Below are positions 28,301 to 38,233 of a DNA stretch of 64,000 bases, piece after piece. Under the pieces are notes generated by a model, which was not told the DNA's origin, ran no database searches, and saw nothing but the letters and a program-made list of their open reading frames with translations. A program made the position numbers and the translations under genes. Each line of letters opens with the position of its first letter. Position 1 is the first letter of the stretch. Source of the stretch: a virus. Location: positions 6,315 to 70,314 of the IMG/VR virus record IMGVR_UViG_3300035703_000070; one strand, written 5' to 3'.

Positions 28301-29004
28301 TCGTGATCCGTTGATGTTGTAACGGTGACAGTAGTATTAACCTGCGAATAGGTGCCGGTCAGGGTGGATCGAACTGTGTCCAAGGTGACCACGTAATCAC
28401 GCTGATACAAATCACCAGTGCGCCCGGCAATCCGATCGCTAATAACCGTTGCGTAGCCGCCACCGTTATATTGAATGGCGATTTCAAGATCAATCTCCGA
28501 TCCGACAATGTCTCCGGCGTCCGTAATGCGCTGTAGCGTCGGCACGTCAATCGTGATGCGGACGGCATCAACATCTGTGTCGGTAATGGTGCGCACAACA
28601 GGCGTGGCCTTTACGACATCGGCGCTTACTCCCACTTCGTTTTCAATGGCGTCAAAGCCCGGCACGTAGCCTTGTGCTTGCGTGCCAAAGCGCGTTGCGA
28701 CAGTGACACCCTTGAAGTTGAAGTCGGTGCTGCCCGGCTCAGTATTGCTTGCCGATGGATTAAGAATTGGCGTGTTATCAAGGAACATGTCCTTGAGCGA
28801 CGCATTGTCATAGGCAGTGGTGCCTTGAATCAGTCCAAGTTTTGATGGTGTGGCAAAGCCTTCAATTTCACCCTCGCTCAACAGCTCAATAATCTTGGCA
28901 TAGCTTGTTGAGTCGAGATTGTCTTTGGCCTCGGAGCCGCCTCCACCTCCTCCGCCGCCCTTGCCCTTGCCACCACCACTGCCACCAGCGCCGAAAATAT
29001 TCAT
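25378..29004 (-). CDS. central tail fibre / tip attachment protein (lambda J-like)
   Basis: LLSEGEIEG, YPNSAY, WTTDPAWILYDLLT..RYGLG, EPRFSCN, FN3-like region. Confidence 0.92.
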   Translation of the reverse strand: MNIFGAGGSGGGKGKGGGGGGGGSEAKDNLDSTSYAKIIELLSEGEIEGFATPSKLGLIQGTTAYDNASLKDMFLDNTPILNPSASNTEPGSTDFNFKGVTVATRFGTQAQGYVPGFDAIENEVGVSADVVKATPVVRTITDTDVDAVRITIDVPTLQRITDAGDIVGSEIDLEIAIQYNGGGYATVISDRIAGRTGDLYQRDYVVTLDTVRSTLTGTYSQVNTTVTVTTSTDHELSVGATFLANITSGAAASGTRKVLNVVSPTVFTYTDTASLTASGTLQLNDSFPVDIKVTRVTNDSTSAKLSNAFRWSSYTELVYEKLRYPNSAYVALRIDAEQFSRIPSRSYRIRGIKIAVPSNATVDIENGRLIYSGVWDGTFAAAQWTTDPAWILYDLLTATRYGLGDHIKAANLDKWAFYRASQYCSELVNTGLNNPLTEPRFSCNVNMQTAEEAYKLINDLCSVFRAMPFWSIGSLTVAQDRPSDAVALFSPANVVEGNFAYEGSSIKTRATVAIVSWLNMELRDIDREVVEDTEMIAKYGVTTKEVSAFACTSRAQAHRIGKWLLYSERYETDVVSFTTGLENGVVLRPGSIIEIADPVKSGQRRAGRISSATTTVVTVDNIGDVTAGTLSVVLPDGIVESRAISGLPVGNVVTVSPAFSSAPNAGSIWMCDGDNVAPTKWRVLGVQEQDGMNFAVSAISYNQSKYAFVESGAPLEAKNISSLNELPDQPTNLSSEELLYNLNGRIAAKLLLTWQQVRGINEYFVRWRGDFTNWTERRVYGPSYEILDAAPGTYNIEVQSVSTSKILYSIPTTITVYVTGVGLPPSDVTGVSLVPINESNAIIQWNLATDLDVLVGGEVLIRHDPRDIDTAEWSTSNAIVQSAAGNQTQKQVPLLDGTYFVAFRDQAGVRSENPVAISAVLPTPQPRLALKTWTENPSFTGEGENLNLNLPPMLLLLEDEYAMLDEEGDPLLQESLNEYAGLFLDPTVAPTGSYVYAEELDLTQIYDVNIRRRIVSSPVTISGITFDDVSGNFDDQPGDFDGGSLDVVNAITYVRTTNDSLSDNFLLEDGDDLLLEDGTFLFMDPTWGDWNEYVNAIVRGRGIQLKVEGSTLSSQVGLVVSELGAVAELQQRVESGGGTGNSTYAVTFTDAFYQTPEIVISSSNMVSGDYYTVSSASRTGFTVAFKNSSNVAVTRSFAYTATGYGKEI

Positions 29005-29606
29005 GCTGCCACCTGCACGATGTCAATGCCAGCGCTGACAACAACACTGCCAACAATCACTTCACCATAGACTATTGGCACCGGCAGACCGGGCCGGCTT
29101 GTATTCTGAATGCCGCTGAAGCTAAAGCTCTTGCGTGGATCCCCTTCGTCTTTGGTGATGGTTGGCGTAGGTGTGAGAAGATTGGAGATGCCTGTTAAAA
29201 CCAGTCCAACGCCAACGTTAAGGAAGATGCCGCCGATAAGCTTCAGTGATCCAGCGGTGGCCGCTGTCGTAGACGTGGCCGCAGCACCAGCCGCCCACCC
29301 GATGCCAGGCACGAAAGCAAGCGCGATCAGTGCGATGCCCAAAATAACTCGCCCCACGTTACCAGCGCCTTCAATCACTGGAATAATCCGCAGATCCTGC
29401 CCCATTGGATTGTGTAAATCCTCTTCGCCCAAATCGCTGGCAGCAGTCCTCACTCGATAACGCTGGTCGGCCATGTGACGCTCTAGCTCCGGCCAGTTTG
29501 TCACCAAAAAACGCACGGCTTCGGCAGCAGTTGCTACATCCGCCTCTAACACGCGATGGCCAACAAACTTTGCCAACGCTCCATATAGCCGAATCTTACG
29601 CAGCAT
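29001..29606 (-). CDS. tail assembly protein I-like
   Basis: [26 protein letters not shown]...GS. Confidence 0.88.
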   Translation of the reverse strand: MLRKIRLYGALAKFVGHRVLEADVATAAEAVRFLVTNWPELERHMADQRYRVRTAASDLGEEDLHNPMGQDLRIIPVIEGAGNVGRVILGIALIALAFVPGIGWAAGAAATSTTAATAGSLKLIGGIFLNVGVGLVLTGISNLLTPTPTITKDEGDPRKSFSFSGIQNTSRPGLPVPIVYGEVIVGSVVVSAGIDIVQVAA

Positions 29607-30297
29607 ATCGAAGGCGCTTTCCTGTACATTTTAGAAGCCACCCACCGTAAACGTCGCGACCACTGAGGCGGCCCTGGAGGTGATGCAGGATCATCTGTTG
29701 ACCAAGATATACGCCGCAATGATTTAACCCCCTACTGCTGATGCTCATGAACAATAAATCACCACGCTCCAGCGATTCTTTTGGTTGCAGCTCTCGAAAG
29801 CCGGTGGCTTCCCAGCGGTCGTCAAAATACGGCTTAGCTTGAAATTCGCTTGGATTGCCGGTGCGCTCCCAGTCACGGAGCATGATGCCCTGCTCTGCAT
29901 ACCAGTCGCGAGCCAAGCTCCAGCAGTCATGCACTCCCCACACCCATTGCCTGCCAATCAACGGCGCCTTGTACCCAGACGGCCTGCATTCGCCCCATAG
30001 CTCAGTCTGAGGATTGACGATGTACCAAGGCAGCCCCGAAGTCTCGCAAGCCGCAAGGTCCGCTGGCGACGGCTGCGCTGCCGTGCGAGGATGCGAATGC
30101 ACGATGGCCACGACCTCACCTTTGTCCTCGCCAGCAGCGTAGTCATCGGGATCCAGCAGAAAGAAGTCGTCGGGGTATTCGGCAAGATTTTTGCACGGCC
30201 AATACTGTTCGCGCCCTTTGACGACCAACAACAAACCGCATGCCTCGCGAGGGAAGCACTGCTTGGCATGTTCAAGAGCTTTTGTTTTCCAAGTCAT
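29596..30297 (-). CDS. tail assembly protein K-like (JAB + NlpC/P60)
   Basis: PREACG, HSHP...PS..D; [16 protein letters not shown]...LHH. Confidence 0.92.
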   Translation of the reverse strand: MTWKTKALEHAKQCFPREACGLLLVVKGREQYWPCKNLAEYPDDFFLLDPDDYAAGEDKGEVVAIVHSHPRTAAQPSPADLAACETSGLPWYIVNPQTELWGECRPSGYKAPLIGRQWVWGVHDCWSLARDWYAEQGIMLRDWERTGNPSEFQAKPYFDDRWEATGFRELQPKESLERGDLLFMSISSRGLNHCGVYLGQQMILHHLQGRLSGRDVYGGWLLKCTGKRLRYAA

Positions 30298-31271
30298 TAG
30301 CCGTAACTACTGCCGATACCAGGGAAGCTTCCAAACGGTAGCTCATTGTTAGCGCCAAATCGTGCCTTGCAGCTTGATAACCGCTTGCCACACACGTCTT
30401 GGCTTGCGACGCCAACGGGCTGATCATTGGCATCAAAATAATTTGTGCCACTGTAGCCGCACTCCGTTGATCTGTACACCCATTGGCAAATGTTGCTTAT
30501 ACATTGACGCTTTGGAGCTCTAACGCCAGCCAGGTCCATGCTGCTGACCATCTCAAACTCAACCACGTCGCGATTTTCAGCAGTTTTTCGGTCGATGTAA
30601 TAAATCTCACGCGGGAACTCGGCAGTTTCGTCTGCAGTCGGATTGACGGGCTCCAGGTAAATCTCGGTGTCATCTTCGTACAGCAGCGAAAAAGCGTCTT
30701 CGGTCAACAAAGTGTTTACTGGGTCAAAATTAACTGAGTCAAGATATTTGCGTAGTGTGCGAACTCTTGTGACCTTGGCCCCCTCTAGCCCGGTGGGCAG
30801 CGTCAGCAGTAGCGCGGTGATGGTGCTGAAGATATTGCTAACGCGGATTTTGGGGCGCGGCAATTGCCCCTGGCCGTTGTATTCAAAACCGTCGGCTTCG
30901 ATGGGAAAGGCCTGGTATGTCTGTGTGCGCCAGACGATGTCGCCGTTGCCCGCTTCGTTGACGCCGGCGTGGAAATAGTAGGTGTCGTCGCCTCCATGAA
31001 TGCTTGCGACGAGCTCCAGCTCAAACATTTCAATGACGGCATCTGGTGACGGCGTTTGCAAGTCACCGGCGATGATCGACACCGCCATCCACGTGACCGT
31101 ACCATCTTGCACTGTATTGGCGATGACGGTCGGCCAAAACGGCTCATTGGCGCCAGTGGTGCCAGAAGCGGTGCAGCGAAAAAAGAAGCCCGTGTCGTTG
31201 TCGTATGTGGGGCGAACAGTGTCACCGACAACATAAACAGTAGTAGCCGCCCATTGCGTTACTGCCGTCAT
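30297..31271 (-). CDS. minor tail protein L-like with N-terminal extra domain
   Basis: [46 protein letters not shown]. Confidence 0.9.
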   Translation of the reverse strand: MTAVTQWAATTVYVVGDTVRPTYDNDTGFFFRCTASGTTGANEPFWPTVIANTVQDGTVTWMAVSIIAGDLQTPSPDAVIEMFELELVASIHGGDDTYYFHAGVNEAGNGDIVWRTQTYQAFPIEADGFEYNGQGQLPRPKIRVSNIFSTITALLLTLPTGLEGAKVTRVRTLRKYLDSVNFDPVNTLLTEDAFSLLYEDDTEIYLEPVNPTADETAEFPREIYYIDRKTAENRDVVEFEMVSSMDLAGVRAPKRQCISNICQWVYRSTECGYSGTNYFDANDQPVGVASQDVCGKRLSSCKARFGANNELPFGSFPGIGSSYG

Positions 31272-31609
31272 GGCTCAAATACTTGGCGAAAGGTGGCGCT
31301 AATTTGATTGAATCCATCGCTCATCAGTCCACGAGACCACTCTTCGCACACCCACTTGTAACTAGTCAGCTCTCCTGGAGGAGTCCAATCAAAACTTGCA
31401 GAGTCGGCGGCCCTGGCATCCAAGAATGCTTCAATCGTGTCGGCATCAGTGTTATCCACCATGAAAACCAAGGACCACTCTTTAGGGTTTTGATTGAGGC
31501 CGAAAGTGACACGTTGTTCGTAGCCGTCTCCAAAGCGAACAGTTCGTTTGACTGGCTTGCTCGTCTTGCGAGCGTCAAAAGTGGGAGCAATGGAAGGAAA
31601 GGTGGCCAT
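31268..31609 (-). CDS. minor tail protein M-like
   Basis: FGDGYEQR...[18 protein letters not shown]. Confidence 0.9.
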   Translation of the reverse strand: MATFPSIAPTFDARKTSKPVKRTVRFGDGYEQRVTFGLNQNPKEWSLVFMVDNTDADTIEAFLDARAADSASFDWTPPGELTSYKWVCEEWSRGLMSDGFNQISATFRQVFEP

Positions 31610-34600
31610 CAGCGTCTCCCCGCAAGAAGGCCGCCTGGGCGTTGCTGTTTAATAATTTCCCCTTGAACTGCAGCAGAAACAACCCTGCCAAGTTCCCTTG
31701 CTGAGGTATTGTCGCCTGCCACGTCCGTCCCCTTTGCGTCCACATTGACTACCACGTTAACACCTTCTCCTCTACCGCTTCCTTGCAGGTCCACTGGAAT
31801 AGATCGGCCATCGGGCAGTGGGACGACAGCCTCGTTGTAGCGCCCTTCCCCAACAAGCCCAAGCGTGGGACCAGTGACGATGCCTCCATTGGCAAACTTC
31901 ACTCCCGAATAGAAGCCTCCACCGCCAGCCAGTGCGCCCTCGCCGCTAAGCCCAGGAAGGCTGATGCCGGCATTACTGCCAAAGCTTCCGCCAGTGAAAC
32001 TTCCGAAGCCGCCTCCGCTCATCTTGCCCATACCTGCCAGCGGCCCAACGCTTGGCAAAAGGCTTTGTACCAGGCCGATAATTTGCATCTTCACCCATTC
32101 GGCAATCATTTTGGCTGCCATGTCAGCAAAGGAACTGGCCACGCTTTGAAAAAAGCCTGCTAGCGCTTGCTGGGCGCTAGCCGATCCGCTAATGATATCC
32201 TTAAACGCAGTGCCAAAAGAGTCTCCGATGGAAGAAGCAAGTCCACGCATTTGATCCCTAAAAGCAACTGTTTTATCAATGCGCTCTTGCAGGCCAGCCA
32301 TTTCTTCAATGTCGGCGCTTGGCAACAAAGGATTTTCTTGCCGCAACTTTTCTCGCAGCTCTAGCCTTGGGTCGATCATTCCAGCAAGCCTTAGCTCGTT
32401 ATTCAGTTTGAACAGCGAGGCCTGCTTGGTTAAGCGAATATTGATTGAGTCAATTGCCGCCGCCAGTTGTCTTCTGGCATCAATTTGGCCCTGAATTGTT
32501 TCAATTTCCTCATCTTTTAGTCCCACCAGAGTGCGAGAAATGTCAATCTCCGCTTTTTCGCTTTCATTCAACTCAAAACGGCCTTGGCTGGCGAGTTGCA
32601 TCTTGGCCGTCAATTCTGTATACGTATCGGCCAATTGCTCATTCGCCTGAAGAAGCGGACTTGCGATGGCTGTTTGAAATCGAGCCTGTAGTGTTTTCTT
32701 CTCGGTCTTGGCCTGCTCTGCTTGCTCCGCCAAAAACCTTGCTCTGTCCTGTACTCTGTACTGAAGACTTTCGCGCTGTGCCGCAGCAAGCTGCTCGTCA
32801 ACGATTTTTTCTCCATATTGCAGATCAAGACGAGCTTTTTGAACAGTTTTTTCCCTTTCGACTAGGTCCAAAGATGCGTCGATAAACGTTTTTTCGTATT
32901 CAAGGCGTTTGCGAAGAGTATCAATTCGATCATTCACAAATTCTTTGAGCTCTTTGTCTTTTTTGGGCTTTTCTGGCTTTCCTGGTCTTTCCAAGGGCAT
33001 GCTTGCACCAGCCCCTCCAAAAGTTAAATTTTGCGGCTGACCAGTTGGCAGCGCCGCGAGACCACCTGCCGCCTTGAATCTTTTCTCCGCCCTTGCCAAT
33101 CGCTCCTGAGCCCTGTCGAATTCGATCTTGTCATACATAGAACCACTACGTCGCTCCCCTGTTAAATAGGCATCTCTTCCTCTTCCCGTGCGTTGAATAA
33201 TCGCCTTGGCCGCATCCATTTCTGCCTTGGCGGTAGCAGCATCCGCCGCGCCGGCCATTACTCTCAATTGACGAATAACGCTAGCAATGTAACCCAAGAC
33301 GGGACCAAGAACCTTTGCTATGAACTTGGCGGTTTCAGATACTACAGACACAATGCCTGCAAATGTAACAGCAAAATCTTTGCCCAACTGACTCAATAAA
33401 TCCTTGTTGTCAGCGATAAATTTTGTAAGATCCCTAACTGCTTGCGTCGAGAAATTTTGTATGTCGGCTCCCGCAGGGCCAAGCGCCTGCCCAATAGCAA
33501 GCTGAAGTTGTTCAAAAGCAATCTGCAGTCGCTTGCCCGCGAATTCAGGGGCAGTCGCAAGTTGCTTGCTAAATGCTCCATAGTCCGTGTAATTTTTTTC
33601 CGCAAAGGCAACAAACTCTTTGATGCCAATTTTGCCTTGCTCAAGCCCTTCTTGCAGTTGCTCAAAGCTGAGCTTGTTGGCTTGGGCAAATTTCACCACA
33701 GCACCAGGAAAGCGCTCACCCAACTGTCCGCGCAATTCCTCTGCTTGCACTCCGCCTTTGCTCATAATCTGAACCACAGCTCGCATGGCTCCCTCAAGAT
33801 CTTCTGAGCTTCCGCCTGTGGCCATAATGGCCAAGGCCGTACCCTCCATAATCTTCGCTGTATCTTGCACAGACAAGTTGTATTGCTTGGTATTCACTCG
33901 CAACTGAGTGAACAAGCGCGTAGTTTGCTCCAGGGGCATGAGCAGTCGCTGGCTCATACTTGCAACCGTAGCTTGGGCTTCCGCGAAATCCTTGGCATCT
34001 ATTGACGCCATGGCCAAGCCCCTCTGCATTTGCATTAGCGCCGAAGCCTGCGTAGTCATAGCCGACACGCTTGCCATGATGCTGTCGGTCACTTGTCCAA
34101 TGGCAGCACCAGTGAATGCTCCTGGCACGCCTCCCATCAAGCCGCCAGCCACGCCTCCGAGTGCGCTCCCAATGCCACCTCCCATGCCTCCGCCATAAAG
34201 AAATGCACCTCCAGCCGCGCCGAGGCGCTGTCCTTTTGTGATTGGTTTTCGACTTGCTCGTTCCGCGAGTCGCTCAGCCTTTTGAATTTCACGATTAAGA
34301 GCCTTCCATTCGCTAGTGTCTGGAGCAATTTCTCTGGCTCTGCTCTTGAGGATGACAAGCCTGCTTTCAAGCGATGCCAAGCTTCCAGGAGCGTAAGCCC
34401 CTAAATTTTCCCTCATTTGAATTTCTTCCGCAAGCCTATCTGCTTTCTGCAAGTCAAAATTCACTTGAGCAATTGTTTTCTGCAGATTATTCCAGTCGGC
34501 AGTATTTGGCTTGATCTCTGATGCTTCAATTTGCAGCGATTGCAACAACTTGCTTAGCGCTTGATAACTTCCCCCCTCGAATTCTCCTGCCGCACCGCGC

Positions 34601-35448
34601 AGTTGCAAAGCTTCCGCTCGGTTTTGCACACGTTCCCTCTGCCCCATTGCCGAGCCTGCCTCGCGTTGAGCCAGCTCAAACCCTGGCTGACCGGGAGCAA
34701 TTGCTCTTGCCTTCCTTTGCCGTAGTTCAACAATGCGATCAAGCTTGCGCAGGCTTGCATTCATCACGCCCACAGCATTTCTCGTGGCCTCCTGCAAAGA
34801 TGCAATTAGTCCGTCATTAAAGCCTTGACCTGCCTGCTGGCCAATGCGAAACATTTTTCGCGAAGGCGATCTAATTTCCAAAGACTGCTCAAGGGCTTGC
34901 AGTAGCTTTGCGCCCAAAGACGCAGCCACCCCTTGCAGTTGTCCTTCGCCTTTTAAGATGCCTCGAATTAGCCCGGACATGGCTTCTTCGCCCGCCGAAG
35001 CAAAACCGGTTTGCAGTTCTGCAACCAGCTCTTTTCTAGTGCGATCAACAGCTCCCTTTACGATACCAAGCTCTTTGGCCGCACCAAAAATAGATTGGAC
35101 CTGCGGAGCGCTTACTCCTCCGGCTCCAGGAGCAGTTGAAATGACACTGCCTAACGCCCTTGCCCTTTCCGCAGCTCCACGTACTCCGCTTAGCTTCCCA
35201 GCAAGCTTATCCGCCTGAGCAATGGCACTTTTAATGCTTGTATCGTCAAGATCAATGCGATATTTACGTTGTCCCAATTGACGGCCCAAAAGCCGCATCT
35301 CTTCATTGATGGAAGTTCTATCAAACTTAATTGCGATGGGAAGGGTAAAGCTTGACGCGGCCTGGGCAAGACTCGGCAGTGCAACAGTCTTGAAGCTTTG
35401 CAGATCAAAGCTGATGCCTAGCCTTAACTCGGGACTACCTGTCGCCAT
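31609..35448 (-). CDS. tape measure protein
   Basis: 1279 aa, helical; QIMSKGGVQAEELRGQLGER; C-terminal FANGGIV..PT...GE; QQRPGGLL. Confidence 0.92.
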   Translation of the reverse strand: MATGSPELRLGISFDLQSFKTVALPSLAQAASSFTLPIAIKFDRTSINEEMRLLGRQLGQRKYRIDLDDTSIKSAIAQADKLAGKLSGVRGAAERARALGSVISTAPGAGGVSAPQVQSIFGAAKELGIVKGAVDRTRKELVAELQTGFASAGEEAMSGLIRGILKGEGQLQGVAASLGAKLLQALEQSLEIRSPSRKMFRIGQQAGQGFNDGLIASLQEATRNAVGVMNASLRKLDRIVELRQRKARAIAPGQPGFELAQREAGSAMGQRERVQNRAEALQLRGAAGEFEGGSYQALSKLLQSLQIEASEIKPNTADWNNLQKTIAQVNFDLQKADRLAEEIQMRENLGAYAPGSLASLESRLVILKSRAREIAPDTSEWKALNREIQKAERLAERASRKPITKGQRLGAAGGAFLYGGGMGGGIGSALGGVAGGLMGGVPGAFTGAAIGQVTDSIMASVSAMTTQASALMQMQRGLAMASIDAKDFAEAQATVASMSQRLLMPLEQTTRLFTQLRVNTKQYNLSVQDTAKIMEGTALAIMATGGSSEDLEGAMRAVVQIMSKGGVQAEELRGQLGERFPGAVVKFAQANKLSFEQLQEGLEQGKIGIKEFVAFAEKNYTDYGAFSKQLATAPEFAGKRLQIAFEQLQLAIGQALGPAGADIQNFSTQAVRDLTKFIADNKDLLSQLGKDFAVTFAGIVSVVSETAKFIAKVLGPVLGYIASVIRQLRVMAGAADAATAKAEMDAAKAIIQRTGRGRDAYLTGERRSGSMYDKIEFDRAQERLARAEKRFKAAGGLAALPTGQPQNLTFGGAGASMPLERPGKPEKPKKDKELKEFVNDRIDTLRKRLEYEKTFIDASLDLVEREKTVQKARLDLQYGEKIVDEQLAAAQRESLQYRVQDRARFLAEQAEQAKTEKKTLQARFQTAIASPLLQANEQLADTYTELTAKMQLASQGRFELNESEKAEIDISRTLVGLKDEEIETIQGQIDARRQLAAAIDSINIRLTKQASLFKLNNELRLAGMIDPRLELREKLRQENPLLPSADIEEMAGLQERIDKTVAFRDQMRGLASSIGDSFGTAFKDIISGSASAQQALAGFFQSVASSFADMAAKMIAEWVKMQIIGLVQSLLPSVGPLAGMGKMSGGGFGSFTGGSFGSNAGISLPGLSGEGALAGGGGFYSGVKFANGGIVTGPTLGLVGEGRYNEAVVPLPDGRSIPVDLQGSGRGEGVNVVVNVDAKGTDVAGDNTSARELGRVVSAAVQGEIIKQQRPGGLLAGRR

Positions 35449-35484
35449 TCGATGATCATCGTACCCTTAGCCATTATTATAGCC

Positions 35485-35952
35485 TCAGCTCATTTCTTCA
35501 CGATTAGAAGCTGCCTTCAAGTCGTCTGCCAATAGCGCCAAAAGCCTTCCGTCAAGTTTTTGAGTTTTCATTAAGCGACGCAAAATTTGCAAACTCTTGC
35601 TTGTAATGCCGTTTTCTTTCTTAATTTTTCTAGTATCAAACGGAAGAAAATCATCAACGGTTGCGTTAATTTTTTTACCGCCCAATGCTCCCATGACCAC
35701 CATGCACAATTTTGCGGTGGTCATGCTTTGCGCGTTATGTTCGGCTATATCGCGCTGTTCTAGCCATTTCAGCGCAGCCAACGCATCCTTCGTCCTTTGA
35801 CGCGCAAAATTTTTGCAGTTCCAGCGATCATCCCTAAAAGCCGACGAGGATAATCGAAAATATACTTTGTCCCATGGAGAATCAGAAGATAATGCTGCCT
35901 TTGCTCGTTTTTCTAATTTTTCAACATGGCTAAGATTATCTTCTTCTAGTCT
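35485..35952 (-). CDS. tail assembly chaperone GT extension (-1 frame)
   Basis: The -1 frame is open from the A8 run (35952-35959) through the 35485..35781 ORF; fusion about 321 aa. Confidence 0.8.
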   Translation of the reverse strand, partial: RLEEDNLSHVEKLEKRAKAALSSDSPWDKVYFRLSSSAFRDDRWNCKNFARQRTKDALAALKWLEQRDIAEHNAQSMTTAKLCMVVMGALGGKKINATVDDFLPFDTRKIKKENGITSKSLQILRRLMKTQKLDGRLLALLADDLKAASNREEMS

Positions 35953-36449
35953 TTTTTTTCGGAATTTTCACCTTCCTTGTCTTGCTCATCATTTACAAAC
36001 GTTAAAATTTTTCGCACTAAGGGGCGCGACAGTTCCTTGGTGTCCTCCAGCGTCCAATCCTCTAAGGGTTTCCATTCTCCAGCGATGTAACCTTGCCCCC
36101 TGGATCGTATGAATACGGTGACGAGCTTTGCGCTTGACGCGTCAGCACTTTTACTTTCGCCCAGCAATGCCAAGATCTCATCGGCAAACTCATCTGCTAA
36201 ATCTTCTGTAGCCACCTTGCCTTCTTGAAGAAGGACAAACGCGTTTTCCAGTGAAATCTTTTTGACTTTGGCAATTTTGCGTGCTAATTGCACGGCCTTG
36301 AGGGTAGAGGCGCTTTGAGCCTTTGTGATTTCTTCGTGCTCGATGCTTTCCCCGACCAGCCAACCGTTGTATTTAATGAGCCGCAAGCAGTCATTTACTG
36401 CGAAATACTCGGGCTCTTTTGCCGTAACAAGAAAACTATACTTGCTCAT
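35946..36449 (-). CDS. tail assembly chaperone G
   Basis: Between major tail and tape measure; ends GAA AAA AAA GAC TAG. Confidence 0.8.
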   Translation of the reverse strand: MSKYSFLVTAKEPEYFAVNDCLRLIKYNGWLVGESIEHEEITKAQSASTLKAVQLARKIAKVKKISLENAFVLLQEGKVATEDLADEFADEILALLGESKSADASSAKLVTVFIRSRGQGYIAGEWKPLEDWTLEDTKELSRPLVRKILTFVNDEQDKEGENSEKKD

Positions 36450-36675
36450 GGTCAGAAATCAACAAAGTGGTGTTAAAAACCTTCACTCGTTCGCTACCGG
36501 AGCGAAAGGGCTTAGGGATGGCCACGACAAAAGAATGATTGTCACTGGATATTCTACACGTGGTTTCCTGAAAGGCTATTAGACATAAGATGCCCACAGC
36601 AATTTCGCCGTCAAGCACTTGGCAGTTTATTGCATGCACTTGATTGTTATCACTGCGCAGGTAGTCTATTTGCAT
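36436..36675 (-). CDS. hypothetical protein
   Basis: 79-aa ORF coupled in the tail operon. Confidence 0.6.
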   Translation of the reverse strand: MQIDYLRSDNNQVHAINCQVLDGEIAVGILCLIAFQETTCRISSDNHSFVVAIPKPFRSGSERVKVFNTTLLISDHEQV

Positions 36676-37154
36676 TACAGGCCCTCTAAAGCGAGAACCA
36701 CCCGACGCTGTAGAGCCATGCCCGGCTTTTTCAAGAAGAAAGAAGCTGCGATGGAAATGTCATCAGTAAATTTGCGAGCGTTTTTATTGGTGCCCAACCC
36801 TTCATGTACGTACCAAGCGTACTCTCTCCCAGAGGAATTTTTGGCGTCCCAGTGCCACGATGCTCTCATTCCAGCCCCGACAGAGGTCAACGAAAAACTA
36901 TTCACGCCACTTTCATAAAGTGTTCCAAAATCATAAATGTCTCGGGGGTTGGAGGCGTTTTGCACTGGCGCAGATGGATTTTTTCTCCTGGTCTTGCCAT
37001 CGTATTTCCAGTCTCTTTCTAAAAATTGCTCTCGCCAGTGAGTTTCGTTGACATCCTCTTCTGCCCATTGAGTAAAAGCATCCGACAACGCCTTCACAAT
37101 GGCGTCTTCGTTGAAAAAAGACGCAGAGAGCGAAAGATTATTCTTGATTGTCAT
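36675..37154 (-). CDS. neck/tail-completion protein (HK97 gp10-like)
   Basis: PRDIYD.G.L, YAWYVHEG..., R.FTD motifs; position. Confidence 0.55.
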   Translation of the reverse strand: MTIKNNLSLSASFFNEDAIVKALSDAFTQWAEEDVNETHWREQFLERDWKYDGKTRRKNPSAPVQNASNPRDIYDFGTLYESGVNSFSLTSVGAGMRASWHWDAKNSSGREYAWYVHEGLGTNKNARKFTDDISIAASFFLKKPGMALQRRVVLALEGL

Positions 37155-37155
37155 G

Positions 37156-37563
37156 CTATTGCGTGATCAAGCGGCGAATTTCTCTGTCAGGGATGACAAT
37201 GCGGCAGCGTTCGTAAGCCACGTCGTCACCGGGAAGGTAGCGAAACTCTGCATCGGGGAACCGTCTGCTCATCCTGTCCATTGCAGAGGCAATTTCAGAA
37301 CCATCGGGGTTGTATTGCATCAGCACGACCTCCCATTGCTGCAGCACGTCTACAACACCTATGGCTGCCCTTGGGAGCAATTCCGGATATTGACGCATGG
37401 TTACCTCCAGTCCCGTCACCTTCCACTCCGAGGGAACACTTTTTTGTCCCACCACGTACACGGCGGGCACATGGGATCCTCCGGGCAGAATATAGCTTCC
37501 AATCAAATTGGGGCTTGCTCCTAGCAGCGTCGTAATAGTTTCTCGCAGTTGCGAAATGTTCAC
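37156..37563 (-). CDS. putative tail terminator protein
   Basis: Size and position in the head-tail region. Confidence 0.45.
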   Translation of the reverse strand: MNISQLRETITTLLGASPNLIGSYILPGGSHVPAVYVVGQKSVPSEWKVTGLEVTMRQYPELLPRAAIGVVDVLQQWEVVLMQYNPDGSEIASAMDRMSRRFPDAEFRYLPGDDVAYERCRIVIPDREIRRLITQ

Positions 37564-37566
37564 AAT

Positions 37567-37593
37567 AAAAAGCCTGCCCAGTAAGGACAGGCT
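37567..37593 (-). terminator. terminator after the major tail gene
   Basis: Minus strand AGCCTG...CAGGCT-TTTT. Confidence 0.55.
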
Positions 37594-37617
37594 AGCAAAA
37601 ACCGTGGGAAAGAAAAC

Positions 37618-38196
37618 TTAGCTGTTGGGAGCAGACGGAATGATGCTGCCGGTCTCAGTGGCATTCTGATGGATGCCAATACGACCCCGACTCATGAGGT
37701 CGAAAGTTACTTCCACGAGGTTGTCAGCAGGATAGCTCTCGTTGTAGTTCATCACGCGAGCAACATAAGCCACCCGGTCGTAGTAATAAGTGGTGCCAGA
37801 AACACCAAGCTGCTTATTGATTTCTACGTAGATTTCATGGTTCTTGTCGTAGCGATTTTGAGCGATCACCTGGAAGGCCTCGTCAAAGCTGTTGGGCAGG
37901 AACACTGTGCCGTCAACATCCTTCTGGAAATACGAGGTGACAGATGCCGTGGCCTGCGAAGTGACGATAACGCTATCGGAGAAGCCGCCGCCGCCAAGTA
38001 GGTAAAACTCAGTGTTGCCGTCGTTAAAGGCCACGGAAGCTGTTGTGGCGGCTTGCAAGGTGTACAGAGTAGGAGCGCCGCTAACAGTAAAAGTGGCGCC
38101 GCTCTGGGTGATCACGGGGCGAGCAGCCCCGGCAATCGAGCCAACACGCACAGTAACGTCTTGGCTCTTAACCAGCTCGGTAGGATGATAGAGCAT
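37618..38196 (-). CDS. major tail tube protein
   Basis: Beta-rich 192 aa, E..PADNLVEVTFDL.SRG; position; biased codon usage. Confidence 0.75.
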   Translation of the reverse strand: MLYHPTELVKSQDVTVRVGSIAGAARPVITQSGATFTVSGAPTLYTLQAATTASVAFNDGNTEFYLLGGGGFSDSVIVTSQATASVTSYFQKDVDGTVFLPNSFDEAFQVIAQNRYDKNHEIYVEINKQLGVSGTTYYYDRVAYVARVMNYNESYPADNLVEVTFDLMSRGRIGIHQNATETGSIIPSAPNS

Positions 38197-38233
38197 TTGA
38201 AAGTCCTCAATAGAGAGAGAAAGTGGTTAAGCG

